DNA of 64,000 nt from an uncultured Thermoleophilaceae bacterium (GCA_963739095.1 CAVTZF010000021.1:87842-151841); one strand, 5' to 3'. Counted from the first letter of the stretch, positions 10,018 through 19,889 are shown. The notes: generated by a model not told the origin, from the letters alone. Made by a program: numbers and translations.

Positions 10018-11403
10018 ATGGATTCGAACGGCCATGCGAGCAGCCTCTCCCAAGACGCCCTCCGCCATCTCTGGCTCCACTTCACGGGCATGGGAGACCT
10101 GGACGCAGACGAGCTCCAGATCATCGTCCGTGGCGAGGGCTGCTACCTCGAGGACGCGCAGGGCAAGCGCTATCTCGACGCGCTCGCCGGCCTCTTCTGC
10201 GTGAACGCCGGCTACAGCTTCGGTGCCGAGATGGGCGAGGCGGCCGCCCAGCAGATGCGCGAGCTGCCCTTCGCGATCAACTGGACCTTCGCGCACCCGC
10301 GCTCGATCGAGCTGGCCGCCGAGCTCGCCCGGCTCGCGCCCGGCGATATCAACCGCTCCTTCTTCGTGAGCGGCGGCTCCGAGGCGGTCGAGGCCGCCTG
10401 GAAGCTCGCCCGCCAGTACCACACCGCCCGCGGTGAGCGGCGCTGGAAGGCGATCGCGCGGCGCGTTGCCTACCACGGCACGACTATGGGCGCGCTCTCG
10501 ATCAACGGCTGCACGGAGCTGCGCACGCCCTTCGAGCCGCTCGTGCCCGACGTCCTGCACGTGTCGAACACGAACAGCTACCGGCGCCCCGTGGACGAGA
10601 GCGAGGAGGAGTTCACGAGCTTCCTGCTCGACGAGCTCGAGCAGATGATCGTCCACGCCGGCCCCGAGACCGTCGCGATGGTGATCATGGAGCCGGTGCA
10701 GAACGCGGGCGGCTCGTTCATGCCGCCCGCCGGCTACTGGGCGGGCGTGCGCGAGCTCTGCGACCACCACGGCATCCTGCTGTGCGCGGACGAGGTGATC
10801 ACCGCCTTCGGGCGGCTCGGCCACTGGTTCGCGTCCGAGCGCTACGACATCCGCCCCGACATGATCACCACCGCGAAGGGCCTCTCGTCGGCCTACGCGG
10901 CGATCGGCGCGCTGCTCGTGAGCGACCGCGTGATGGAGCCGTTCGAGCAGCCGGGTTCGATGTTCACTCACGGCATGACCTTCGGCGGCCACCCGGTGCA
11001 GGCGGCGGTGGCCCTCAAGAACATCGAGATCATGCGGCGCGAGCGCATCGTCGAGAACGTCGCGGAGCGCCAGGACGAGTTCCACGCCGCCCTCAGCCGA
11101 CTGCTCGAGCTGCCGATCGTCGGCGACGTGCGTGGCTCGGGCTATTTCTACGCGCTCGAGCTTGTGAAGAACTCCGACACCCGCGAGAGCTTCACGAGCG
11201 AGGAGTGCGACGAGCTGCTGCGCGGCTTCCTCTCCCCCGAGCTGTTCAAGCGCGGGCTGATCTGCCGCGCGGACGACCGCGGCGATCCCGTCATCCAGAT
11301 CTCGCCGCCGCTCGTCGCCGGGCCGGAGGAGTTCGACAAGATCGTCGAGGTCCTGGGCGGGGCGCTCGAGGAGGCAAGCGAAAGGATGTCGGTGGCGCGA
11401 TGA
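10018..11403 (+). CDS. Class-III (omega) aminotransferase, PLP-dependent
   Basis: FFVSGGSEAVEAAWKLAR, ILLCADEVITAFGRLG, DMITTAKGLSSAY (Schiff-base Lys) and THGMTFGGHP are typical of putrescine/beta-alanine/GABA-type transaminases. Confidence 0.85.
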   Translation: MDSNGHASSLSQDALRHLWLHFTGMGDLDADELQIIVRGEGCYLEDAQGKRYLDALAGLFCVNAGYSFGAEMGEAAAQQMRELPFAINWTFAHPRSIELAAELARLAPGDINRSFFVSGGSEAVEAAWKLARQYHTARGERRWKAIARRVAYHGTTMGALSINGCTELRTPFEPLVPDVLHVSNTNSYRRPVDESEEEFTSFLLDELEQMIVHAGPETVAMVIMEPVQNAGGSFMPPAGYWAGVRELCDHHGILLCADEVITAFGRLGHWFASERYDIRPDMITTAKGLSSAYAAIGALLVSDRVMEPFEQPGSMFTHGMTFGGHPVQAAVALKNIEIMRRERIVENVAERQDEFHAALSRLLELPIVGDVRGSGYFYALELVKNSDTRESFTSEECDELLRGFLSPELFKRGLICRADDRGDPVIQISPPLVAGPEEFDKIVEVLGGALEEASERMSVAR

Positions 11404-13040
11404 GCGGCCTCAATGGATCGGGCGGCTACGACGCGATCGTCGTAGGCGGCGGCCACAACGGGCTCACCGCCGCCGCCTACCTGTCGCGCGCGGGCATGCG
11501 CGTCTGCGTGCTCGAGCGGCGCGACATCCTCGGCGGCGCCTGCGTGACCGAGGAGGTGTGGCCCGGGCAGCGCGTCTCGCGCGCCTCGTACGTCGTGTCG
11601 ATGCTGCAGCCGAAGGTCGTCGAGGAGCTGCGGCTGCACGACTTCGGCTACCAGCCGATCCCGCTCGACCCGGCCTTCGGGACGATCACGCCCGACGGCG
11701 TACCGGCATTCTTCTTCAACGACGCCGAGCGAACGCGCGAGTCGATCGCCCGGCTCTCGCGCCGCGACGCGCAGCGCTACCCCGACTTCGAGGAGATGCT
11801 CGCGCGCATGGCGGGCTTCCTGCGCCCGCTGATGCTGCGGCCGCCCCCGGCGCTCGGCTCGAAGCGCCCGGGCGATCTGCTCTCGCTGCTGCGCGAGGCC
11901 GGCCGCACCGCCGGGCTCGCGCGCCGGGACGTGCTCGAGCTGTTCCGAGTGATGACGATGTCGGTCGGCGACCTGCTCGACGAGTGGTTCGAGTCGGACG
12001 TCCTCAAGGGCGCCTGGGCCTCGACCGGCGTGGTCGGCGTCTGGGCCGGGCCCCGCACGCCGGGGACGGCGTACAACCTGCTCCACCACGCGCTCGGCGA
12101 GCTCGACGGCGTGAGCGGCCTCTGGGGCCACGTGCGCGGCGGCATGGGCGCCATCTCGCAGGCGATCGCGCGCAGCGCGGAGGCCTCGGGAGCCACGATC
12201 CGGACCGGCGCGCCGGTGCGCTCGATCGACGTGGAGAGCGGCCACGTGACCGGCGTGACGCTCGAGAGCGGTGAGGAGATACGCGCCCCGCTCGTCCTGT
12301 CGGGCGCGCACCCGCGCACGACGATCCTCGAGCTGGCCGGCAGGCAGCACTTCCCTGACGAGGTCGTGCACGACATGGAGCGCTTCCGCTCGCGCGGAGG
12401 CTCGGTCAAGGTCAACTGCATCCTCTCCGAGGCGCCGCGCTACGAGGGAGTCTCAAGCGAGGAAGGCGAGCTCCTGCTGCATACCGGGGTCGCGCTGTGC
12501 CCGTCGGTCGACTACCTCGAGCGCGCCTGGCAGGACGCCACGCGCGGCGTGCCGGCCGAGGGCCCCTACGTGGAGGTGGAGCTGCCGAGCACCGTCGACG
12601 ACAGCCTCACCGACGACGGCACCTTCGTGATGACGCTGTTCACGCAGTACGGGCCGTACGACGAGGCCGGCTGGCCCGAGGGCTCGCGCGAGGCCTACGG
12701 ACAGCGCTGCCTCGACATCGTCGCCCGCCACGCGCCCAACGTGAAGGACGCGCTCGTCCACCACGAGGTGCTGGCGCCGCCCGACCTCGAGCGCATCTTC
12801 GGGCTCGTGGACGGTTCGATCTTCCAGGGCGAACAGGGGCTCGAGCAGATGGCGTTCATGCGCCCCTCGCCGCTGCTCGCGCAGTACGCGACGCCGGTCG
12901 ACGGCCTCTACCTGTGTGGCGCCGGCACGCACCCGGGCGGCGGCGTGATGGCCGCCTGCGGGCACAACGCCGCGATGCGGGTGCTGAAGGACCGGCGCGG
13001 CGGTCTGCGCGGGCGCGTGCGCCGCGCCGTCGCTAGCTGA
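11400..13040 (+). CDS. FAD/NAD(P)-dependent oxidoreductase, phytoene-desaturase (CrtI)-like family
   Basis: YDAIVVGGGHNGLTAAAYLSRAGMRVCVLERRDILGGA (Rossmann fold) and C-terminal GLYLCGAGTHPGGGV. ATGA overlap with the aminotransferase stop. Confidence 0.8.
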   Translation: MSGLNGSGGYDAIVVGGGHNGLTAAAYLSRAGMRVCVLERRDILGGACVTEEVWPGQRVSRASYVVSMLQPKVVEELRLHDFGYQPIPLDPAFGTITPDGVPAFFFNDAERTRESIARLSRRDAQRYPDFEEMLARMAGFLRPLMLRPPPALGSKRPGDLLSLLREAGRTAGLARRDVLELFRVMTMSVGDLLDEWFESDVLKGAWASTGVVGVWAGPRTPGTAYNLLHHALGELDGVSGLWGHVRGGMGAISQAIARSAEASGATIRTGAPVRSIDVESGHVTGVTLESGEEIRAPLVLSGAHPRTTILELAGRQHFPDEVVHDMERFRSRGGSVKVNCILSEAPRYEGVSSEEGELLLHTGVALCPSVDYLERAWQDATRGVPAEGPYVEVELPSTVDDSLTDDGTFVMTLFTQYGPYDEAGWPEGSREAYGQRCLDIVARHAPNVKDALVHHEVLAPPDLERIFGLVDGSIFQGEQGLEQMAFMRPSPLLAQYATPVDGLYLCGAGTHPGGGVMAACGHNAAMRVLKDRRGGLRGRVRRAVAS

Positions 13041-13506
13041 GCTCGGCGATCACGTCCTTTGAGTGGGTGATCGGCAGGCGGTTGCCCTCGAGCTCGATCC
13101 GCGACCCGCTGGCGCTCTCGATCAACTCGAGCACGCGCACGTTGACGCGCTGGTGCACCTTCACCTCGATGCCTTCGCGCGGCACGCGGAAGACGAGCTC
13201 CTTGACGTGGCGCCGGTTCCCCGAGAAGCCGTAGACCATCGTCCCCGAGACGCCGACGATCATCTGCTCGGGCAGCCCGCTCGCGGCGTCGTGCGCCCGC
13301 GTGCCCGCCACGTAGCCGCCGGCCGTGCCCACTCCACCCGCAACCCCGCCGATCGAGTCGCCGAGATCACCGCCGATCAAGCCCCCGGCGAACCCGGCGC
13401 CGGTGTGGCCACGCGGGTAGAACTCGCCGACCGCCGTCACCGCGTCCTCGATTCCCGCGGAGGCGAGCGCCTCGTTGACGACCTCGACCATGTTCTCCTC
13501 GGACAT
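13033..13506 (-). CDS. Hypothetical protein (157 aa) with a Gly-rich central segment
   Basis: ORF with strong G/C third-position bias; no family recognised. Confidence 0.5.
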   Translation of the reverse strand: MSEENMVEVVNEALASAGIEDAVTAVGEFYPRGHTGAGFAGGLIGGDLGDSIGGVAGGVGTAGGYVAGTRAHDAASGLPEQMIVGVSGTMVYGFSGNRRHVKELVFRVPREGIEVKVHQRVNVRVLELIESASGSRIELEGNRLPITHSKDVIAELS

Positions 13507-13528
13507 GCGGTCGTTGTAGCACGTCGTA

Positions 13529-13556
13529 GCCCCGCGCCGCCTGAGCGGCGCGGGGC
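13529..13556 (-). terminator. Perfect 12-bp GC hairpin (GCCCCGCGCCGC-ctga-GCGGCGCGGGGC), likely an intrinsic terminator for the gene ending at 13575
   Basis: Read directly from the sequence, 19 nt downstream of the minus-strand stop. No U-tract, which is common in high-GC actinobacteria. Confidence 0.55.
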
Positions 13557-13574
13557 TTCAACCAGTGAGGACTC

Positions 13575-15157
13575 CTAGAACGTCTGCAGCAGGCAGAGCC
13601 CGGCCGTGCCCGGGTCCAACCGGTACTGCGTCGCGACCTGGGCCAGGAATGCGCGCTGGCGCTTCGACGGCGCGGGCGCCGACACCTCCCTGCCGCTGGC
13701 GCGGGCCACCTTGGCCTTGCCCGTCAGCTTCAGCACGTCCACGCCGCGCGTGCGGTCCGCGGTGTAGACGTAGCCGTCGTGCAGGTAGGAGGCCCAGACA
13801 ATGCCGTCGTCAGGCCGCCAGTAGGCGAACTGCGTGGGGTTCTCCGGATCGGAGATGTCGAGGAAGCGCGTCCCCTCTCCGTACCAGGCGTAGCTCACCG
13901 TGCCGCCGTCCACGTCGAAGTAGTGGGCGGAGCAGAAGTCGGCGAGCGGGTCGTACTCCCCGGTCGGGCGTGAGCCCTCCTTCTGGTACGGGTTCCACGT
14001 GCCCACGGCCCTGAGCCGGAACTTGTTCCCCGGCCGCGAGCGCCAGGCCTCGCCGCCGTAGCTGCCCTTGAGCGAAGCGATCGTGAACTGACCGCGCTTC
14101 GAGCAGCCCTCCTCGGCGGGGCCGAAGTCCTCCTCGGTCGCGAGCAGCAGCTCGCCCTTGCGGTAGCGCGAGTCGCCCTTCGGCGCGGTGCGCCCGACGG
14201 GCCGCCAGGCGTTGTGCTCGAAGCCGCCGTTCTCGTCGCCGACCACGGACGCCGGCAGCCCGCCGCCCCCGTACGGGATCGGGTCGAGCGGCGTCGCGGT
14301 GCGGACGCGCTGGTCGAACGAGTCGTAGTGCCGACCGCTCGTGTGGTAGCCGCGCGTGCCGCCGTCTCCGGACACCCAGGCGATGCCCGCGGCGTCAACC
14401 TGGACGTCGTGCGAGTAGGCGGTGAAGCCGTCGCGCCGGAAGAGGTCGACCGGATCCATCGGATACGCGACCGGGGTTGCCGGATTGCGCAGGTCGGTCA
14501 CGATGATCGGCCGGCCGAAGGTCCAGCCGTTCGCCACGTCACCAGTCACGGGAGTAGTCGTGCTCGCCGGGCCGCCGGTCCACAACCACTGGCAGTCGTT
14601 GACGCAGGTGGTGGTGTGCCCGGTCGGCAGCTGCTGGAAGGAGCGAAGCGACAGCGCGCTTGGGTCCTTCGCGTCCACGACGTAGACGCCGGCGATGTTG
14701 GTCGCCCCGTTGGGGTCGGGGTCGCCGGGCTCACGCGACGTCGAGCCCGCGTACGCGCGCGGATCACGCGACAGCAGCGCGAGCTTACGGCTCTGGTCGA
14801 CGTCCATGTCCTCGTTCTGCCAGAACGTCGAGATCGGCCCTGCGGCCTCGTCGGTGTTGACGGGGGGGTCGCCCGGCAGTCGCAGCTCCTCGGCCGTGAT
14901 CTCGTCGAGCAGCTCCGGATGGGCCGGGTCGTCGAGCGAGTACGACTTGAGCCCGAAGCGCCCGGTCACGAGCATGACGTCGGACTTGCCCTTGCCATAG
15001 CTCATGAAGTTGATCGCCGTGGCGTCCTCGGCCTCCGGCCCAGGTGGTCCAGCAGCTCGACGTTCTTCGACGCGTCCGCGCCGAACGCGGGCGCGGCGAT
15101 GACAAGCAATGCGGCCACCAGCGCTCCATAGGCCGCAAGTACAGCTCTCCTCCGCAT
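13575..15157 (-). pseudogene. Secreted beta-propeller-like protein with LVIVD-like repeats (tentative). The signal-peptide exon is separated from the body by one frameshift near 15036-15041.
   Basis: Body is track ORF 13575..15005, with motifs GVYVVDAKDPSAL, PIIVTDLRNPATP, TRFLDISDPENPT, GVDVLKL. Upstream in another frame I read MRRRAVLAAYGALVAALLVIAAPAFGADASKNVELLDHLG. That joins to PEAEDATAINFMSYGKG if one C is added in ccggccc. GGAGGGA SD before the ATG at 15157. Confidence 0.6.
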
Positions 15158-15225
15158 GGGGTCCCTCCAGTAGAAGACGGTCCGCCTGGGGGCACCCCTA
15201 CCCAGTTGAGGGGCCTAGTGCACCT

Positions 15226-16308
15226 TTAGCGCAAGACGAGCGCGTGTTCTGGGCGCCAGCCGAGCTTGACCCGGTTACCGATCTCCCAGCGGTCGTCGGA
15301 GCGGGCGCGGACCCAGTTCTGCTCCAGCGCCATCAGCCGCATGCCTGGCGCGAGCTCGACGATTATCTGCGTGCTCGTGCCGACGTAGACGCGCTCCACG
15401 ACGGTCCCTTCGACCGTGACCATGCCCTGCTCGATCTCGTCGTCGATCGCGATCTTCTCGGGGCGCACGGAGAGCTGGACCTCCGAGCCGGCGGCGCAGT
15501 CGGCCGGCACCTGCGCGTCGCAGACGATGCCCTCGGCCAGCCGCACGGAGCCGTTCTCGCATACGCCCGGCAGCAGGTTCGAGACCCCGATGAAGCCCGC
15601 GACGAAGGGCCCGACCGGGTGCTCGTAGATGTCCTCCGGCGTACCGCACTGCTTGATCAGGCCGGCGTCCATCACCGCTATCCGATCCGACATCGCGAGC
15701 GCCTCCTCCTGGTCGTGGGTCACGTACAGGAACGTGATCCCGACCTCGCGCTGGATGCCCTTGAGCTCGACCTGCATCTGCTTGCGCAGCTTGAGGTCGA
15801 GCGCGCCCAGCGGCTCGTCGAGGAGCAGCACCGACGGGCGGTTGACGAGCGCGCGGGCGAGCGCCACGCGCTGCTTCTGACCGCCCGAGAGCTCGCCCGG
15901 GCGCGCGTCGCCGCGCTCGTGCATCTCGACGAGCTCAAGCGCCTCGGCAACGCGTCGGCGGATCTCGTCCTTCTCGACCTTGCGGCGCTTGAGGCCGAAG
16001 GCGACGTTGTCCTCGATCGACAGGTGCTCGAAGAGCGCATAGCTCTGGAAGACCGTGTTGACGTTGCGCTCGTACGGGGGCACGGTCTCGACGGACTCGC
16101 CCTCGAGGAAGATGCGGCCCTGGCTCGGCTGCTCGAAGCCTCCGACCATGCGCAGGGTCGTCGTCTTGCCGCAGCCCGACGGGCCGAGCAGCGAGAAGAA
16201 CTCACCGCGCTCGATCTCGAGGTTGAGGTCGTCGACCGCCACGGCCTCGCCGAAGCGCTTCGTCACTCCTTCGAAGCGGATGGCCGAGCCAGCCCCGTTC
16301 TCACTCAT
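15226..16308 (-). CDS. potA: Spermidine/putrescine-type ABC importer, ATP-binding subunit
   Basis: Walker A GPSGCGKTT, signature LSGGQKQRVALARAL, Walker B LLLDEPLGALD, and a PotA/MalK-type C-terminal regulatory domain. Confidence 0.85.
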   Translation of the reverse strand: MSENGAGSAIRFEGVTKRFGEAVAVDDLNLEIERGEFFSLLGPSGCGKTTTLRMVGGFEQPSQGRIFLEGESVETVPPYERNVNTVFQSYALFEHLSIEDNVAFGLKRRKVEKDEIRRRVAEALELVEMHERGDARPGELSGGQKQRVALARALVNRPSVLLLDEPLGALDLKLRKQMQVELKGIQREVGITFLYVTHDQEEALAMSDRIAVMDAGLIKQCGTPEDIYEHPVGPFVAGFIGVSNLLPGVCENGSVRLAEGIVCDAQVPADCAAGSEVQLSVRPEKIAIDDEIEQGMVTVEGTVVERVYVGTSTQIIVELAPGMRLMALEQNWVRARSDDRWEIGNRVKLGWRPEHALVLR

Positions 16309-17195
16309 TCGGCTTCCCTCCCGAGCAGCACCTTGAGCCCGCTCTCCTTGCGTCCGAACAGGCGCGGCAGCAGCAGCGCCAGGCCGATGGACACCACGGA
16401 GATCACGAGCATGAAGGTGCCGATCGCGTTGATCGTCGGCCTCACGCCGAACCTGATTTGCGTCCAGATGCGCACCGGCAGCGGCTGCGGCGACTCGCCG
16501 GTGGTGAAGAACGACAGCACGAAGTCGTCAAACGACAGCGCGAATACGAGCAGGCCCGCCGCGAGCACCGCGGGCCAGAGCGCGGGCAGCGTCACAAGGC
16601 GGAACGTCTGCCAGCGCGTGGCGCCCAGGTCCATCGACGCCGACTCGACCTCCCGGCCGAGCGACGCCAGCCTCGCCCGCACCACGACCGTCACGTATGA
16701 GATCGAGAAGGTGATGTGGGCGAGGATGATCGTCGTGATCGAAAGCTCGAGCCCGATCTGCGTGAACAGCAGCAGCGCCGACGCGCCGGCGACGATCTCG
16801 GGGGTCACGAGCGGCACCAGCATCATGATGTTGGCCCCGTTCGACCAGCGCGTACGCGAGCGCACGAGCCCGTAGGCGAGCAGCGTGCCGAGCACCGTCG
16901 CGACCACCATCGTGATGAGCGCGATCTCGATGCTCGCTATCAGCGAGTCGCGCAGCGATTCGGACTCGAAGAACGTCTCGTACCAGCGCAGGCTGAAGCC
17001 GTCGAAGTTCTGCAGCGAACGGCTCGAGTTGAACGAGAACAGGATCACGAGCACGATCGGCACGAACAGGACGACGAAGAAGAGCCCGACGAAGACCTTG
17101 AGGAAGCGCGGGCGGTCGAAGTCCTTCGGCGGCTTGGTGCGCGCGGGGCGGGTCGTGGCCGGCGCGGTGGGGGTCGGGGCGACGTCGGTGCTCAT
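16305..17195 (-). CDS. potC: ABC importer permease (PotC-like)
   Basis: Six-TM BPD-transporter permease with an EAA-like loop (ASMDLGATRWQTFRLVTLP). Overlaps its neighbours by 4 nt. Confidence 0.75.
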   Translation of the reverse strand: MSTDVAPTPTAPATTRPARTKPPKDFDRPRFLKVFVGLFFVVLFVPIVLVILFSFNSSRSLQNFDGFSLRWYETFFESESLRDSLIASIEIALITMVVATVLGTLLAYGLVRSRTRWSNGANIMMLVPLVTPEIVAGASALLLFTQIGLELSITTIILAHITFSISYVTVVVRARLASLGREVESASMDLGATRWQTFRLVTLPALWPAVLAAGLLVFALSFDDFVLSFFTTGESPQPLPVRIWTQIRFGVRPTINAIGTFMLVISVVSIGLALLLPRLFGRKESGLKVLLGREAE

Positions 17196-18025
17196 GCCTC
17201 CGCCTCCCGCGCCTCGCGCGCCGCCGAGCGCAGGTAGAGCGACATCCAGATCAGCAGGAAGGCCATCAGCACCACGGTCAGCGCGGCGCCGAAGGGCCAG
17301 TTGTCAGAAGCCTGGAACTGCTGCTGGATGAGGTTGCCGATCATCACGTCCTCCGGCCCGCCGAGCAGCGAGGCGGACACGAAGTCGCCAACGGCCGGCA
17401 GGAAGACGAGCACCGAGCCCGCCAGCACGCCCTGGATGCTGTGCGGCAGCGTCACGTGCCGGAACGTCTGCCAGGGGCCGCCGTAGAGATCCTTGCCCGC
17501 CTCGATCAGCGACCGGTCCATGTTGTCGAGGGAGGCGAAGATCGGCAGGATCATGAACGCGAGGAAGCCGTAGACGAGCCCGCCGATGACCGCGTAGGGC
17601 GTGTTGATGAAGCGGATGCTCGAGTCGAACAGGCCGTTGACGAGGCCGTCGTCGCCGAGCATCGCGATCCAGGCGTACGTGCGGATCAGGTAGTTGACGA
17701 AGAACGGCAGCACGACCAGCGCCAGCAGCACGTTCTTCCAGCGCCCGCCGAAGATCGCGATGTAGTAGGCCACCGGATAGCCGATCAGCAGGCAGATCAC
17801 GACGGTGGCCAGGGCGAAGCCGACCGAGCGGACCAGCACCGGGATCAGGTCGGCGTCGAAGACGCGCTCGTAGTTCGTGAACTCGAACCCGTAGATCGCC
17901 TCGCCGAGGTCGTCGGTGTGGCCGAACGAGATCGCGAGCAGGAAGACCAGCGGTACGACGAACAGCGCCAGCAGCCAGAGGCCGCCGGGGATCAGGAAGC
18001 TCGAGGAGAAGCGGTTGTCGTTCAT
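17192..18025 (-). CDS. potB: ABC importer permease (PotB-like)
   Basis: BPD-transporter permease with an EAA loop (EAGKDLYGGPWQTFRHVTLP). Operon position between the binding protein and PotC. Confidence 0.75.
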   Translation of the reverse strand: MNDNRFSSSFLIPGGLWLLALFVVPLVFLLAISFGHTDDLGEAIYGFEFTNYERVFDADLIPVLVRSVGFALATVVICLLIGYPVAYYIAIFGGRWKNVLLALVVLPFFVNYLIRTYAWIAMLGDDGLVNGLFDSSIRFINTPYAVIGGLVYGFLAFMILPIFASLDNMDRSLIEAGKDLYGGPWQTFRHVTLPHSIQGVLAGSVLVFLPAVGDFVSASLLGGPEDVMIGNLIQQQFQASDNWPFGAALTVVLMAFLLIWMSLYLRSAAREAREAEA

Positions 18026-18032
18026 GTCCCCG

Positions 18033-19181
18033 CTAGGAGACCCTGAACTCGGTCCAGACCTTGTCCCACGCCAGCCGGCCCTCCCCCTTCAGGTTCTCGA
18101 ACTGCTGACCGTTCTCGAGGTCCTCGGTGGTCACGTTGATCTCAGGGTCGTCCTTGACGAGGCCCTGGAAGGCCTCGGTCGGAGCGCCCTCGTACGGCAT
18201 CGGGTAGCCGATCCACTCGACGTTCTGGGCGGCGTGCTCGGGCTGGAGCATCCACTCGATGAACAGCAGCGCCGTGCCCGGGTGCTTGGAGTTGACCGGG
18301 ATGCAGAAGTTGTCGCTGCCGACCGGGATCCCCTCCTTGCACTTCTGGAACTTGAAGTCCTCGGGGTTGTCGACCGTGTTGCGGATGTTGACGATGTCGC
18401 CGTTCCAGAGGTGCTGGATCCAGGCGTTGCCGCTCGTCATGTTCGTGATCGTGTCCGTCGAGATGCCGCGCAGCTTCGGCTTCAGGTTCACGAGGTAGTC
18501 GAGTGACTTCTCGAGCTTGGCCTCGTCGACCTCGTTGAGCGGGTAGCCGTTGACCAGGTTGGCCATGCCGATGGACTCCTGGTAGTCGTCGAGCAGGAAG
18601 CTCTTGTCGTCCGAGTCGACGTCGCCGAGGTCGAGCCACGAGCCGGTCATCCCGGTGACCTTGTCGGCGCGGTAGCCGAGACCGGTCGCGTACATCCCGT
18701 AGGGCGTGCTGTGCTCGGAGTCCTTGTCGTACCAGGGGTTCGCGAAGTAGTCGTAGACGGTGTCGATGTTCTTGATCTTGTCCCGGTCGATCCGGCGCAC
18801 CAGATTGCCCGAGATCAGGCGCTGCACGTACTCACCGCTCGGGAAGATCAGGTCGTAGGCGATGCCGGCGCGCAGCTTGGCCGTCATCGCCGACATCCCA
18901 TCGAAGTACGACTCGCGCACCTGCACCCCGTACTTCTTCTCGAAGCCCTTGACGAGCGCGGGGTCGATGTACTCGGAGTAGTTGAAGTAGAGGAGGTCGC
19001 CGTCGACCTTCTTCGCGATCGGCTTCTCCGTGTCTTCCTTGCTGCCGCCGCCCGCGTTCCCCACGCCGCAGCCGGCGAGCCCGGCGATCAACGCCATCGC
19101 CGCGCCGTTCTGCAGCAGGTCCCTGCGGCCGATGCGCCGCTCGAGCGCGCGCCTCAGGCGTTGCTCGTCGTACTCCTTCAC
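18033..19181 (-). CDS. potD: Polyamine-type (PotD/PotF family) extracellular solute-binding lipoprotein
   Basis: Lipobox LIAGLAGCG and PotD/F-like length and motifs (FNYSEYIDP..., WNGD). First gene of the transporter set. Confidence 0.75.
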   Translation of the reverse strand: MKEYDEQRLRRALERRIGRRDLLQNGAAMALIAGLAGCGVGNAGGGSKEDTEKPIAKKVDGDLLYFNYSEYIDPALVKGFEKKYGVQVRESYFDGMSAMTAKLRAGIAYDLIFPSGEYVQRLISGNLVRRIDRDKIKNIDTVYDYFANPWYDKDSEHSTPYGMYATGLGYRADKVTGMTGSWLDLGDVDSDDKSFLLDDYQESIGMANLVNGYPLNEVDEAKLEKSLDYLVNLKPKLRGISTDTITNMTSGNAWIQHLWNGDIVNIRNTVDNPEDFKFQKCKEGIPVGSDNFCIPVNSKHPGTALLFIEWMLQPEHAAQNVEWIGYPMPYEGAPTEAFQGLVKDDPEINVTTEDLENGQQFENLKGEGRLAWDKVWTEFRVS

Positions 19182-19206
19182 CTCAAGGCCTCCCCCACTC
19201 GCGCTT

Positions 19207-19824
19207 TCATGCGGGCGCCTCCACGGCGTCCGGCAACGTGCACCCGAGCTCGCGCTCCGCCAGCGTCACGGCGAGCTCACGCACACGGCCCGGAGTGACC
19301 TCCGCGTCTCGCAGCGCAACCTGCACAGACAATCCGTCGAGTAGCGAGCCCATCAGGACGGCGAACCGCTCCGGGTCAGCTGGACCGAACTCGCCGCGCT
19401 CCTGACCGTAGCTGACGACGTCGGCAATGGTTCGCCGCCAGCGGGCGTCGAGCTCCGCGCGCGTCTCGGCGAGCTGCTCGTCGCGCAGCGCCTGTGCCCA
19501 CAGCTCCATCCACAGCGCCGCGTCGTAGTCGCCCCCGGCGGCACCCCATTCGACGATCACTGCCAGGCGCTCGACCGCGCTCTCGATGCCGTCGATGCGC
19601 GTCGCCAGATCCTCGTAGAAGCGCTCCTCGGCCGACGTGAGCGCCTCGTTGAGCAACTCCGCCTTCGACGAGAAGTAGTAGAGCACCGATGGCGCGCTCG
19701 TCCCGGCCTCCTTGGCCACGTCGGCAACACGCGCGCCCGTGAGCCCGCGACGCCTGATCACGTTCGCGGCGGCCTCGAGCAGCTCAGGCCGGCGCACGTG
19801 ATCGAGGCGCGGCCTCGGGCTCAT
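19207..19824 (-). CDS. TetR/AcrR-family transcriptional regulator (TetR-1)
   Basis: HTH region RPELLEAAANVIRRRGLTGARVADVAKEAGTSAPSVLYYFSSKAELL. ATG at 19824 preceded by GGGAGGG, preferred over the TTG at 19893. Ends 25 nt upstream of potD. Confidence 0.85.
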   Translation of the reverse strand: MSPRPRLDHVRRPELLEAAANVIRRRGLTGARVADVAKEAGTSAPSVLYYFSSKAELLNEALTSAEERFYEDLATRIDGIESAVERLAVIVEWGAAGGDYDAALWMELWAQALRDEQLAETRAELDARWRRTIADVVSYGQERGEFGPADPERFAVLMGSLLDGLSVQVALRDAEVTPGRVRELAVTLAERELGCTLPDAVEAPA

Positions 19825-19872
19825 CCGGTCACCCTCCCAGAGTAACTTGAACGACGATTCAGGAAACCTATC

Positions 19873-19889
19873 CGCCCGGACGCCGGGCG
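19873..19889 (-). terminator. Small GC hairpin (CGCCCGG-acg-CCGGGCG) immediately after the TetR-2 stop; weak terminator or attenuator candidate
   Basis: 7-bp stem read from the sequence, with no U-tract. Confidence 0.25.

Noticed and set aside
10018-10060. GGATTCGAAC string resembling the reverse complement of a tRNA T-loop
   Set aside because: The flanks cannot form a T-stem or acceptor stem, and it coincides with codons 1-4 of the aminotransferase (MDSN). I found no tRNA anywhere in the window.
13513-13527. TTGTAGCACGTCGTA resembling the spacer of the conserved operator (TTGTAGTCAGTCGCA)
   Set aside because: Only about 11 of 15 positions match. It lacks the flanking TTGACT/TATCAT and the GACT-N8-AGTC core, and it is oriented away from any plus-strand gene.
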